64,000 bases of DNA, from IMG/VR virus record IMGVR_UViG_3300020448_000003, positions 1-64,000 of that record; one strand, written 5' to 3'. Below the pieces are notes generated by a model. That model saw nothing but the letters and a program-made list of their open reading frames with translations, was not told where the DNA came from and ran no database searches. Origin of the DNA: a virus. A program made the position numbers and the translations under genes. Position 1 is the first letter of the stretch. Each line of letters starts with the position of its first letter. This document shows, piece by piece, positions 50,131-58,172 of this stretch.

Positions 50131-50330
50131 TATTCAATACCGCCATTTATGTAAGGTAAAAGCATCCATTGATATTTGTTGATTGCTTCATTCGGGTCGA
50201 TGCCATCAACAATATACTCATTAAAAACTGCTTTACTGTCTTCAATACGATTGTCTTCTACCAACTTACCTAGACGTTGAAAATAATGCTCTGTAAGTTG
50301 GTCGATGATCTGCTCTCTGTCAATTTCCAT
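50130..50330 (-). CDS. Hypothetical protein
   Basis: 66 aa. Confidence 0.7.
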   Translation of the reverse strand: MEIDREQIIDQLTEHYFQRLGKLVEDNRIEDSKAVFNEYIVDGIDPNEAINKYQWMLLPYINGGIE

Positions 50331-50348
50331 AATAATAAAATGAATGAA

Positions 50349-50867
50349 TTAAATAATTTGTAACCCAACTGAATAGATATACTTTTCAGATAGGGTATAT
50401 CCTAATCTAGGGTCTTTTTTTACCTTTTTACTGTGAAATTGCCTTTCAAGGTTAGGTAATAGTTTATCATAGACTTGTTTCGCTGTGAGTCTCCACACTT
50501 CTACAATTTTACCATCCTCATATCTTGCGAAATAATGATGATGGTATTTTCCTATCTTTTCATTAAGGATATAATCAACTTGCTTTTCCCAAGTGTCTTG
50601 AACTGATATACCATTGTAAGTTGCTGTTAATTTCTTACCAATAGTTGATTTATATTCTACTGGTAGGTCATACTTATCGTAAGCATCCGCACCAGAATAG
50701 TCATCCGCAACCCTATGACCTAATATCCCTGCCATATGAATTTCTCTTGATCTGGCATATGAAAATGGGTCTCCCCATCCTTCAGTATTACAGATTTCAT
50801 ACATTTCTTCAAAGAGTCTTGTATATCTCTGTTCTGCTGTTTCTTTTATCATCGGTAGCGAAATCAT
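50349..50867 (-). CDS. PD-(D/E)XK restriction-endonuclease-like protein, PvuII-like
   Basis: GADAYD...VEYKS catalytic motif; KIGKY...FARY....IVEVWRL...EKYI...G..I. Start moved to the ATG at 50867 because promoter copy 3 overlaps the longer ORF. Confidence 0.65.
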   Translation of the reverse strand: MISLPMIKETAEQRYTRLFEEMYEICNTEGWGDPFSYARSREIHMAGILGHRVADDYSGADAYDKYDLPVEYKSTIGKKLTATYNGISVQDTWEKQVDYILNEKIGKYHHHYFARYEDGKIVEVWRLTAKQVYDKLLPNLERQFHSKKVKKDPRLGYTLSEKYIYSVGLQII

Positions 50868-50948
50868 TTTTTTTGTTTGAATTACTTTTATTATAAGGGA
50901 TTTTATACCCAATTCTAGGTAGAGTGTGACACATAATTAACTGTCCTT
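50868..50948 (-). promoter_or_regulatory. Early promoter module copy 3
   Basis: GGACAG-N8-GTGTCACA-N7-TAGAAT-N16-TATAAT. Confidence 0.8.
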
Positions 50949-51125
50949 CCAGAAGTTATAAAGTACATCATTTGTGTTAATGTCCTCAACATAACTAAAT
51001 CCGTGGTCAAGTGCCATTTCTTCACAATATCTTTTAGCACTCTCGAAACAACCTGTTAAAACTTCAGATTGTCCGAGTGGTGTATCAGGTGTTACAATTT
51101 TGAACTCTAGGTCTCCGTATCTCAT
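50937..51125 (-). CDS. Hypothetical protein
   Basis: 62 aa. Confidence 0.7.
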   Translation of the reverse strand: MRYGDLEFKIVTPDTPLGQSEVLTGCFESAKRYCEEMALDHGFSYVEDINTNDVLYNFWKDS

Positions 51126-51127
51126 TT

Positions 51128-51316
51128 TTAAATTCCTCTTACATTATTTGAAAGATTTGTTTCTGTCGCTTGACATACATTATCAACGAGATTGTCGAAA
51201 GTCTGCATATCCCAACCTTTTTGTGATGGAATATCTAACTCATATGCCATCATTACTAGGTCATATAAGAAATCATACTGTGATGATGTGACTTCGATGT
51301 TTAAACCTTTTTTCAT
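51128..51316 (-). CDS. Hypothetical protein
   Basis: 62 aa with AAGGAG SD. Confidence 0.75.
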   Translation of the reverse strand: MKKGLNIEVTSSQYDFLYDLVMMAYELDIPSQKGWDMQTFDNLVDNVCQATETNLSNNVRGI

Positions 51317-51319
51317 AAA

Positions 51320-51400
51320 TCTCCTTTGTTTCTATAGTTCTATTATAAAGGATTGAATCCTGTATTCAACATTTAATGTGACACTAATATAACTGTCACA
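51320..51400 (-). promoter_or_regulatory. Early promoter module copy 4
   Basis: TGTGACAG-N8-GTGTCACA-N7-TTGAAT-N16-TATAAT, SD AAAGGAG. Confidence 0.85.
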
Positions 51401-51402
51401 CA

Positions 51403-51564
51403 TCAACTTGACTTATGGTAAAATCGCTGATCTAATTCTAAGTCTCGGATGACATATTTACAGGCAACTCTTAAATCCTCGTCATCTATCTCATAATCAG
51501 CAAATTCAACAAGTTCAAAAATCTTGTTATATAAATCGTACATCTGATTGTCGTTAGTTCTCAT
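51403..51564 (-). CDS. Small acidic hypothetical protein (53 aa)
   Basis: MRTNDNQMYDLYNKIFELVEFADYEIDDEDL...; TAATG coupling. Confidence 0.65.
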   Translation of the reverse strand: MRTNDNQMYDLYNKIFELVEFADYEIDDEDLRVACKYVIRDLELDQRFYHKSS

Positions 51565-51740
51565 TAATCTATCCTCTCGTCATAAATGCGAATTGATAAC
51601 TCTGCATCCTGAGTTAATGTGATGCCTTCCTTATCAAGTGCTTCCCATATCAGGTTAGCAAGTTTTGAGTGCTTATCCTCTGGGATAACTTCCCATAAAT
51701 TGATGTATCCATCAAGTTCTAACGATTGTTTGTAGTTCAT
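51564..51740 (-). CDS. Small hypothetical protein (58 aa)
   Basis: MNYKQSLELDGYINLWEVIPEDKH...; abuts neighbours. Confidence 0.65.
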   Translation of the reverse strand: MNYKQSLELDGYINLWEVIPEDKHSKLANLIWEALDKEGITLTQDAELSIRIYDERID

Positions 51741-51950
51741 TTAAAAATCCTCAACTGTAAGATTGTTTACTGCATCAAAACATTTTTCTTGCATAGAGTC
51801 AAATGTTGATTTATCATTAGTGATAACGTCTAACGTATCTTTAAAAATAGATGTAGAATTATTATCAAAGTCTTTTTTGTTTTTTAAAGTAGCACTTAAT
51901 AAACGTGTTAATGATTGATGCTCCTCTAGTGTTAATTTAATTATTGGCAT
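51741..51950 (-). CDS. Hypothetical protein
   Basis: 69 aa. Confidence 0.7.
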   Translation of the reverse strand: MPIIKLTLEEHQSLTRLLSATLKNKKDFDNNSTSIFKDTLDVITNDKSTFDSMQEKCFDAVNNLTVEDF

Positions 51951-52105
51951 TATCCCATATCCTCAAATCTTTTGTAAGCAAGTGCGGATGCTTCCTCTTC
52001 AATTTGTAATCTTGAAATTACATCCCACTTATACTTTTCAAATAATTCTGCTAAACACTCCTCATAGAGTGATTCAAGTAACTGGTCATTTACTGGATGT
52101 GACAT
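51950..52105 (-). CDS. Small hypothetical protein (51 aa)
   Basis: MSHPVNDQLLESLYEECLAELFEKY...AYKRFEDMG. Confidence 0.65.
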   Translation of the reverse strand: MSHPVNDQLLESLYEECLAELFEKYKWDVISRLQIEEEASALAYKRFEDMG

Positions 52106-52107
52106 TT

Positions 52108-52263
52108 TTAACCCTCCACAACTATAAAGTGGTCATCGAAAAATGTGTTTTGAGTTGACTTTTTGTATAGGTCTTCAACTGTGCAACCCTTACGTCTAGC
52201 AACTTGTCTTGCTATCATTTTTTCCCATCTTAGGAATGATTCATAACGTTGTTTGTTAGTCAC
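52108..52263 (-). CDS. Small hypothetical protein (51 aa, GTG start)
   Basis: Preceded by AAAGGAG SD and promoter module 5. Confidence 0.65.
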   Translation of the reverse strand: MTNKQRYESFLRWEKMIARQVARRKGCTVEDLYKKSTQNTFFDDHFIVVEG

Positions 52264-52269
52264 GTTTTT

Positions 52270-52349
52270 CTCCTTTGTTTCTATACTATTATTATAAGGG
52301 ATGGATACCAGTATTCAACATTTGATGTGACACTAATATAACTGTCACA
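52270..52349 (-). promoter_or_regulatory. Early promoter module copy 5
   Basis: TGTGACAG-N8-GTGTCACA-N7-TTGAAT-N16-TATAAT. Confidence 0.85.
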
Positions 52350-52357
52350 CATATTGT

Positions 52358-52525
52358 TTACTTATCATACAATGGATAATAAACTTCTTTATCAACTGCA
52401 TCCTTCATAACCTCATACATTGAAAATGCAGGGTCAGATAAGTCATCACAATATTTAAGTGTGTCAATAACCATATCCATAAGTTTAATAATGGTCTTTT
52501 CTCTTGTAGTTAATGTTTTTGGCAT
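52358..52525 (-). CDS. Small hypothetical protein (55 aa)
   Basis: MPKTLTTREKTIIKLMDMVIDTLKYCDDLSDPAF... Confidence 0.65.
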   Translation of the reverse strand: MPKTLTTREKTIIKLMDMVIDTLKYCDDLSDPAFSMYEVMKDAVDKEVYYPLYDK

Positions 52526-52526
52526 T

Positions 52527-52736
52527 TTAATTAGTGTAGAATTGTGAAGTTGTATCTGTGTAAGAATCTCTTAATTGTTTAGAAATTCCTGGAACTTTTA
52601 CTCTAAATTCCCAATATTTTGTTTTTGGGTTATAATCAAGTTTATTGGTTATATAATTCCCATAAGGGCAAGAATCTAACCACTCATTAAATTTTACAAA
52701 ATTGTCCTGACTCATTTTAAATACCTCTGTTTGCAA
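52527..52736 (-). CDS. Hypothetical protein
   Basis: FNEWLDSCP motif; true start probably MSQDN. Confidence 0.7.
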   Translation of the reverse strand: MQTEVFKMSQDNFVKFNEWLDSCPYGNYITNKLDYNPKTKYWEFRVKVPGISKQLRDSYTDTTSQFYTN

Positions 52737-52929
52737 TTTTTAATACTGTGGACTCTATTTCCTGTAATTTGATGTGGTCTTGAATCCTACTATTCTCATT
52801 ACTTAGTAAGGGAATATAGTCCTCTAAAATATCATCTAAAAGTTGCTCTCTTAGTGATAGAGGGTAATCTGATAGAAGTATATCTTTAATATCTTCTATT
52901 AACAACTTATCGTAGTTTTTAGTTGTCAT
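52717..52929 (-). CDS. Acidic hypothetical protein (paralog of 52919..53116)
   Basis: REQLLDDILEDY. Confidence 0.7.
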   Translation of the reverse strand: MTTKNYDKLLIEDIKDILLSDYPLSLREQLLDDILEDYIPLLSNENSRIQDHIKLQEIESTVLKIANRGI

Positions 52930-53116
52930 TGTTCAATTTCTCCATAATAGGGAACATAAAATCATCGATTGCTTCGATCATATCATCATCTAGACCTTCA
53001 AAGTAATCCTCTAAAATATCATTTAAGATATTTTCTCTATGAACTCTAGTGATCTTATCATTCAGAATGAAATTTGCTATATCATTCTGTAGTTTTTCTT
53101 TTTCTTTAGTCATCAT
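52919..53116 (-). CDS. Acidic hypothetical protein (paralog of 52717..52929)
   Basis: RENILNDILEDY. Confidence 0.7.
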   Translation of the reverse strand: MMTKEKEKLQNDIANFILNDKITRVHRENILNDILEDYFEGLDDDMIEAIDDFMFPIMEKLNNDN

Positions 53117-53276
53117 CGTGATCTATCTCCAAAGAATCAATAAAAGAAACACAATATTGAGTAAATTTCTTAACATCAATAGGTGCAACTTTATCGTTTT
53201 CTTCTCCAATATAATAAAATTGCTTATTGATACTAGAGATCAAATTAAGAAGTGCTGTTTCGTTTTTTGTGTACAT
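53106..53276 (-). CDS. Small hypothetical protein (56 aa)
   Basis: MYTKNETALLNLISSINKQFYYIGEE... Confidence 0.6.
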   Translation of the reverse strand: MYTKNETALLNLISSINKQFYYIGEENDKVAPIDVKKFTQYCVSFIDSLEIDHDDD

Positions 53277-53404
53277 TATTCAGAATCCTCCTCAACTGTG
53301 AAGCGTACATATGTTAATCCTTCAGTTTGTTGTACAAATGAAGCATCGAGATTATGTTCAATAACAAAATCTGTAATTAATTTTTCGAGTTCTGATCGGG
53401 TCAT
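53276..53404 (-). CDS. Small hypothetical protein (42 aa)
   Basis: MTRSELEKLITDFVIEHNLDASF...; TAATG coupling on both sides. Confidence 0.6.
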   Translation of the reverse strand: MTRSELEKLITDFVIEHNLDASFVQQTEGLTYVRFTVEEDSE

Positions 53405-53595
53405 TACTTCTCCTCAACTGAATATTCAAAAGGTGTTGGTTCGCAAAGTTTTTCAACAACTGCATCGAGATCATTTTTTGATACATCGTTGCAATCTGTT
53501 GTTCTAACATAATGCAATGCCATTTTTACGAGAACTGACTCTTCTGCTTCGGTCAATTCAAGGTGGCGAGTCCAAATTGTTGTTTTTTGGGTCAT
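53404..53595 (-). CDS. Hypothetical protein
   Basis: 63 aa behind promoter module 6. Confidence 0.7.
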   Translation of the reverse strand: MTQKTTIWTRHLELTEAEESVLVKMALHYVRTTDCNDVSKNDLDAVVEKLCEPTPFEYSVEEK

Positions 53596-53675
53596 TTTTT
53601 TTGTTTCGATACCTCTATTATAAGGTAGTATAGGTCGTTTTCAATATAGAATGTGCCACTATCTTAACTGTCTCA
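53596..53675 (-). promoter_or_regulatory. Early promoter module copy 6
   Basis: TGAGACAG-N8-GTGGCACA-N7-TTGAAA-N16-TATAAT. Confidence 0.8.
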
Positions 53676-53711
53676 TATTGCAATACAAACAGGGCAATGT
53701 ATGATAATGAT

Positions 53712-54014
53712 TTAATATACATCAGGCACTTCCCTATCGTGTACAATTTCCATAAAGTGCTGTGCCTTCACAACTTCATCATCAATTAATGAATTTTCAA
53801 CTAACTCATCATACAAATTTTCATCCTGAGAAGTTTCGATTTCCTCTTTTAATTCTGCTTCGGTCATTTTTTCGATGTCTTGCCATAAATGTTCCCTAGC
53901 GAAATCCACTAAATCATCCAAAGTCATTTGCTCTAACTGAATCTCAACATAAGACGCTTTAATCTCATTAAATTGATTCATTTGTTTGATGTACTCATCA
54001 GTAGTTTTTGACAT
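53712..54014 (-). CDS. Highly acidic hypothetical protein (paralog of 54014..54310)
   Basis: MTLDDLVDFA...EKMTEAEL...YDELVE. Confidence 0.75.
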   Translation of the reverse strand: MSKTTDEYIKQMNQFNEIKASYVEIQLEQMTLDDLVDFAREHLWQDIEKMTEAELKEEIETSQDENLYDELVENSLIDDEVVKAQHFMEIVHDREVPDVY

Positions 54015-54310
54015 TAATCTGTCCTCCTATCATTTTTGAAATCGCAATTAGCATACTCTTCAACTTCCTCGACTACTTCGTCAAAATGGTCTTCCCAATA
54101 GTTTTGTGCTTCATCAATAAATTGAGTATCTGACATTTTTTCATAATATCTGTCAAGATCATCCATAACATATGCAACTAAATCTTTAGTTGACATATTA
54201 TCAACGTATCTTTCAACTAAAAATGATTTTAATTCACTAATAAGTTCGGGTGTAAAATCTTTTTTTACTTGACTCATTTTATTATGAGAGTAATATTCAA
54301 ATTGTGTCAT
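54014..54310 (-). CDS. Highly acidic hypothetical protein
   Basis: MSTKDLVAYV...EKMSDTQF...FDEVVE. Confidence 0.75.
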   Translation of the reverse strand: MTQFEYYSHNKMSQVKKDFTPELISELKSFLVERYVDNMSTKDLVAYVMDDLDRYYEKMSDTQFIDEAQNYWEDHFDEVVEEVEEYANCDFKNDRRTD

Positions 54311-54465
54311 TAGATTGAATCCTCTAGTAATTGAATTGCATTTTCTAGGACTTCATCAATAGTAAATGATGTTCCATCGTTGTCTTTAGGTAAACTACCA
54401 AAACCGCATAGTTTACCCATTTCTCTAATATCGTAGAGATCACATAATAAATCTGAAGTGTTCAT
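54310..54465 (-). CDS. Small hypothetical protein (51 aa)
   Basis: MNTSDLLCDLYDIREMGKLCGFG...; TAATG coupling on both sides. Confidence 0.6.
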   Translation of the reverse strand: MNTSDLLCDLYDIREMGKLCGFGSLPKDNDGTSFTIDEVLENAIQLLEDSI

Positions 54466-54725
54466 TAGATTGTTAACCCCTCTTTTCTAATAAGATCTTC
54501 AAAAACTTGATTGTGAGATCTTGTTTCGATAAGAATGTCTCTAACTCTTTCCCTATCAAGTGAATCGCCATCGCCCCACTCAATATCAGTACACGCTACT
54601 AGGTCAAGATAGTTGAGTGTTGCAAGTGCAACTTCTGCTCTAGTTAATCCGTCTATTGGATATAAACCACTTGTAGGATTGTAGAAATCCATACAGTAGT
54701 CAAGAAATTCTTTAAAGTTGGTCAT
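54465..54725 (-). CDS. Conserved cyanophage hypothetical protein
   Basis: FLDYCMDFY...GLYP...GDSLDRERVRDIL. Confidence 0.75.
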   Translation of the reverse strand: MTNFKEFLDYCMDFYNPTSGLYPIDGLTRAEVALATLNYLDLVACTDIEWGDGDSLDRERVRDILIETRSHNQVFEDLIRKEGLTI

Positions 54726-54727
54726 AA

Positions 54728-54806
54728 TCTTTGTTTGCTATACATCTATTATAAAGGATGGGATGCTGTATTCAATACTTGATGTGACACTAATCTAAGT
54801 GGCACT
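54728..54806 (-). promoter_or_regulatory. Early promoter module copy 7
   Basis: AGTGCCAC-N8-GTGTCACA-N7-TTGAAT-N16-TATAAT. Confidence 0.85.
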
Positions 54807-54953
54807 CAACTCATCTATAAGACTCATTATTATGTTAGTTCTATTGATAAGTGCTTGTCTGCACTCTACTAACTCAAAATCAGTTAGTTCTCTTAAACTT
54901 GTGTTTAACTCTTCGGTCTCATCAAAGAGTTCAGCAATAACAACTTTTTTCAT
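54795..54953 (-). CDS. Small acidic hypothetical protein (52 aa)
   Basis: MKKVVIAELFDETEELNTSLRELTDFELVECR... Confidence 0.6.
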   Translation of the reverse strand: MKKVVIAELFDETEELNTSLRELTDFELVECRQALINRTNIIMSLIDELSAT

Positions 54954-55195
54954 TATGCTAACACCCTATCATAGTTTTTCATCATATCATAATCGTTATT
55001 CTTGTCTTTATCTGCTTTATAGCAAGTATCAAAGACTTTACAATAAACTAGATTAAGTAAAACTTCTCTTCTATCTGGGTTAACATTGCCAGTAGTATTG
55101 AGTCTAGACTCTACCATTATCTCACTTTCCCCTTCTAATAGGATATTGAGTGCTGTTAGTTCTAAATCGTCAAGTGTGATTGTGTGAAGTGCCAT
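54953..55195 (-). CDS. Hypothetical protein
   Basis: 80 aa. Confidence 0.7.
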   Translation of the reverse strand: MALHTITLDDLELTALNILLEGESEIMVESRLNTTGNVNPDRREVLLNLVYCKVFDTCYKADKDKNNDYDMMKNYDRVLA

Positions 55196-55196
55196 T

Positions 55197-55391
55197 TTAG
55201 TCTTGTCCTCTAAGGTGTTGATTTGCTTGAAAAATTTTAGTTGTCCAGTATTCTATCTGATAATTAAATACATCATCATCAAGAAACTTTCTTTTATGCT
55301 CCATCATACGATATGCTTGATCGGTGCATAATTCCCATAAACCCTCTTCATATTGAATAGGTGTATCAGGTGGTAATCTTAACTCATTCAT
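55197..55391 (-). CDS. Hypothetical protein
   Basis: 64 aa. Confidence 0.7.
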   Translation of the reverse strand: MNELRLPPDTPIQYEEGLWELCTDQAYRMMEHKRKFLDDDVFNYQIEYWTTKIFQANQHLRGQD

Positions 55392-55621
55392 TTTAATTGA
55401 ATCTCGTAATTAATTGATTTGATGCACCAACCACTTGATGCTGTAATTTCTTCGATGAGATCATCCTCGTCATCCGCTTCCCACACACCTAAGTGTTCAT
55501 CAATTACTTCTTTTCTTGATGTGTTTGAAGCAATGAAAAATGTATCTAAATCTGAATTACATACTGTGTTTGCTTCATCATCATCAAAATCAAATTCGAT
55601 GTCACTAACGTAGAATTGCAT
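55388..55621 (-). CDS. Very acidic hypothetical protein
   Basis: IEFDFDDDE...WEADDEDDLIEEIT..SGWCIKSI.Y. Confidence 0.75.
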   Translation of the reverse strand: MQFYVSDIEFDFDDDEANTVCNSDLDTFFIASNTSRKEVIDEHLGVWEADDEDDLIEEITASSGWCIKSINYEIQLK

Positions 55622-55881
55622 TATGCCCCCTGATAGTAATGTGAGTTTTCAATAGCATTGTCCTCGACAAGACGCTTATGGATTTTAAAAAGTGAATCTA
55701 AGTTGACACCTTCTAAATCTGTCCACTCACTAACATAATCTGCTTGAGACCAATCGGTGTCTCCATTTTTGAATGTTGGTGCTGAACAGAAGTTACCATC
55801 CTCATCTAACCAAAAGGTTCTGCCAAAGTTTAGTGATAAGATAGTTTTGAACATTTGTTCATAAAGATTTGGTGTTGACAT
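55621..55881 (-). CDS. Hypothetical protein
   Basis: 86 aa; FCSAPTFKNG..DW. Confidence 0.75.
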   Translation of the reverse strand: MSTPNLYEQMFKTILSLNFGRTFWLDEDGNFCSAPTFKNGDTDWSQADYVSEWTDLEGVNLDSLFKIHKRLVEDNAIENSHYYQGA

Positions 55882-55883
55882 AA

Positions 55884-55964
55884 TCTCTTAGTTGCTTATA
55901 GTATCATTATAAAGCATAGTTTATTGTATTCTATGCTTTATGTGACACTTTCTCAACTGGTTAT
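55884..55964 (-). promoter_or_regulatory. Early promoter module copy 8
   Basis: GTGTCACA-N7-TAGAAT-N16-TATAAT; distal half-site degenerate; extra 11-bp inverted repeat. Confidence 0.75.
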
Positions 55965-56368
55965 CTCTTGTATAGATAACCACCCGCCCAACTTGCCCTG
56001 TTTAAACAGTATGCTTTATTGATCTCATCGCTAAGATCATATCTCACACCTTTAGCAGGACTTTTCCAAGATGCAGGTTTGTACACCTTACCAGATTTTT
56101 TATCAACAAATGCGTTTACTGATTGATCTTGATAACCTTTTCCGTTATCTTCGCATTGAACTATTTTGTAATACTTTCTACCTTCTCTGATTTCAAATTT
56201 CATAAGGTTTGCTGTTCCATCTTCAATAGATGCTAGTCTATCCTTAGAGTAGTCTGAAGTTAGATGTGTGAGTGATCTGATTGTATAAGTTCTATAGTCT
56301 TCAGTTAATGCTTCACATAAATCTTGAGTTGACTCTTTGATTGTATGTAAGTAATGAGGTTTGTTCAT
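55961..56368 (-). CDS. Conserved phage hypothetical protein (GRKYYKI / AFVDK..G.VYKPASW family)
   Basis: Recognisable motif set common in T4-like cyanophage early regions. Confidence 0.8.
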   Translation of the reverse strand: MNKPHYLHTIKESTQDLCEALTEDYRTYTIRSLTHLTSDYSKDRLASIEDGTANLMKFEIREGRKYYKIVQCEDNGKGYQDQSVNAFVDKKSGKVYKPASWKSPAKGVRYDLSDEINKAYCLNRASWAGGYLYKR

Positions 56369-56374
56369 TATAAT

Positions 56375-56407
56375 AAAAAAAGGGTGGTATTTCTACCTGA
56401 CCCTTTT
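56375..56407 (-). terminator. Terminator-like hairpin
   Basis: AAAAGGG-tca-GGTA-GAAA-TACC-a-CCC followed by T7. Confidence 0.65.
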
Positions 56408-56466
56408 ATTATAATTGTATTAGTTTTAAATTCTATAAGTTGTGTGACACTATTCTAACTGTACCC
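56408..56466 (-). promoter_or_regulatory. Early promoter module copy 9
   Basis: GTGTCACA-N7-TAGAAT-N16-TATAAT. Confidence 0.75.
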
Positions 56467-56868
56467 GAACTGGTTGCATTTTGCGATAAATGCTGTTCTA
56501 TGGTCATCATCGAGTGCATTATTAATGTTATCGTATGAATCGGTTGCTGACTTCTTAACTTTACCAGAAGTACCCTCAACATATCCCCATATTTTAGTAT
56601 GACCACCTCGATCAGCAGGGGCGGTTGCTTCGATAACCAGATCATCAGTATTTACTGTATCTGCTTTTTTACTAAAAGACCAAGTGACGCTAGAATCGTC
56701 AGCATCTATTTTTGCTTTCTTTCTTGCAATTCTATCATCAGCGATTGCTGTTGATTGCTTCATTTCTGATTGTCTTTTAGTTATGTTGGCAAGTCTATAT
56801 GCCTTTGCGTTGGTTGTTAAACCACTCAAAAGTTCATCTGCCCATCCATTTACTTGACTTGTTGCCAT
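56455..56868 (-). CDS. Hypothetical protein under a late promoter; distant paralog of 55961..56368
   Basis: 137 aa; IWGYVEGTSGKVKKSA compared with VNAFVDKKSGKVYKPA. Confidence 0.75.
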   Translation of the reverse strand: MATSQVNGWADELLSGLTTNAKAYRLANITKRQSEMKQSTAIADDRIARKKAKIDADDSSVTWSFSKKADTVNTDDLVIEATAPADRGGHTKIWGYVEGTSGKVKKSATDSYDNINNALDDDHRTAFIAKCNQFGYS

Positions 56869-56892
56869 CTTTTTAATATACTAATACTTCAT

Positions 56893-56900
56893 TATTTATA
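56893..56900 (-). promoter_or_regulatory. T4-type late promoter TATAAATA
   Basis: Exact consensus 25 nt upstream of the ATG at 56868. Confidence 0.7.
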
Positions 56901-58154
56901 CTAGAAAATTGGTTGACCTTCAACAAATACAGTATGAACTACCTTTTCTAATCTCCTTCTTATCTCTTTACGAGTAGTCGGAACTGTAACATAACCAGTT
57001 GACTTTCTATAGAAATTTAACTGACCTGACTTGATAGTCTTATTCTTTAGTTTAACTTTATCATCGTTATGTAATCTAATTACTCTACCGATTGTTTGAG
57101 TCATTTCGATATAGTTTAGATTTCTTAATAGTATGCAATGAGTTAAACCTGATATGTTGATACCTTCAGATAATATAGAGTAATGAAACACTATAAACTT
57201 CTTAGCGTCATCGTTGCCCCACTCTGAAAGTGTAGTCATAAACTCTTGTCTTGATACTTTCTTGTTATTAACATAGGCACCAAATTTGCTAGTAACGTGT
57301 AAAACATCATAACCTAATTCTTTACACCTTGATAGCATATCTGTCTGACCTAACATATTACCAAGAATACGAGAACTACCAACTGCAACTAACACTTTTC
57401 TTTGAATACAGTAGTCACTTGATCTTTTTTCAATATGCTCTAGTGATTTAATAACAGCGTGAGCATCAGCGTTATGTTCATCCCTTTTTGTTCTCTTGAT
57501 TGTATCGTCAACGTGAAATGGTACTATTGTAGGTGGTATGATAGAACCATTATCAATTAAGTCAGGTGCAGGGATGTTGCATATTATGTTACCATAAGTA
57601 TCTGACCAGTTCATACCTACCTTACCTCGATAGTTATGTTTAGGTGTTGCTGTAAAGAAATAACACTTAGATGCGTTGCGAGAGAAGTGATCTGTAGCAG
57701 GGAAAAAACTTTTTGTAGTGCTATTGTGTGCTTCATCGAAATATATTGTATCAACTTCTATCTCACTATCCATCAATTTATGTAAACTATGATAGGTTGT
57801 AAATATAACTTGATGCTTGATACTATTGTGATACCAGTTGTTTATCTCGTTTATCTTAGTTGTATTAAGGTGCTTACCCTTACCACTATGAACGTGTAAC
57901 ACATCGATGCCAACATTATAGTTACCATCTAGGTTTTGACCTAAAAAGTCATCACATAACTGTTGAGCAAGTAGTATTCTAGGTGCAACTACAACCATAG
58001 TCTTTGCTACGCTATTAACATTGAATCTCTGAATAGCGTGACGTATCATAATAAATGTCTTACCACCACCAGTAGGAACTACAACCTGACCCTTATCAAA
58101 TTGGGTCATAGTCTGCAATGCTTCAACTTGATGTGGTCTCAAAATAACTGTCAT
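56901..58154 (-). CDS. SF2 DEAH-box helicase (ResIII-like)
   Basis: LRPHQ, PTGGGKT, FDEAH, FTATP, LSEGIN, QTIGRVIR. Confidence 0.9.
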   Translation of the reverse strand: MTVILRPHQVEALQTMTQFDKGQVVVPTGGGKTFIMIRHAIQRFNVNSVAKTMVVVAPRILLAQQLCDDFLGQNLDGNYNVGIDVLHVHSGKGKHLNTTKINEINNWYHNSIKHQVIFTTYHSLHKLMDSEIEVDTIYFDEAHNSTTKSFFPATDHFSRNASKCYFFTATPKHNYRGKVGMNWSDTYGNIICNIPAPDLIDNGSIIPPTIVPFHVDDTIKRTKRDEHNADAHAVIKSLEHIEKRSSDYCIQRKVLVAVGSSRILGNMLGQTDMLSRCKELGYDVLHVTSKFGAYVNNKKVSRQEFMTTLSEWGNDDAKKFIVFHYSILSEGINISGLTHCILLRNLNYIEMTQTIGRVIRLHNDDKVKLKNKTIKSGQLNFYRKSTGYVTVPTTRKEIRRRLEKVVHTVFVEGQPIF

Positions 58155-58172
58155 TTAGATAGTATAACATAA

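Noticed and set aside
50868-50912. ORF-track N-terminal extension of the nuclease gene (also 59319..59597 and 59506..59775)
   Set aside because: The extensions overlap a promoter module or the neighbouring gene; downstream ATGs fit better
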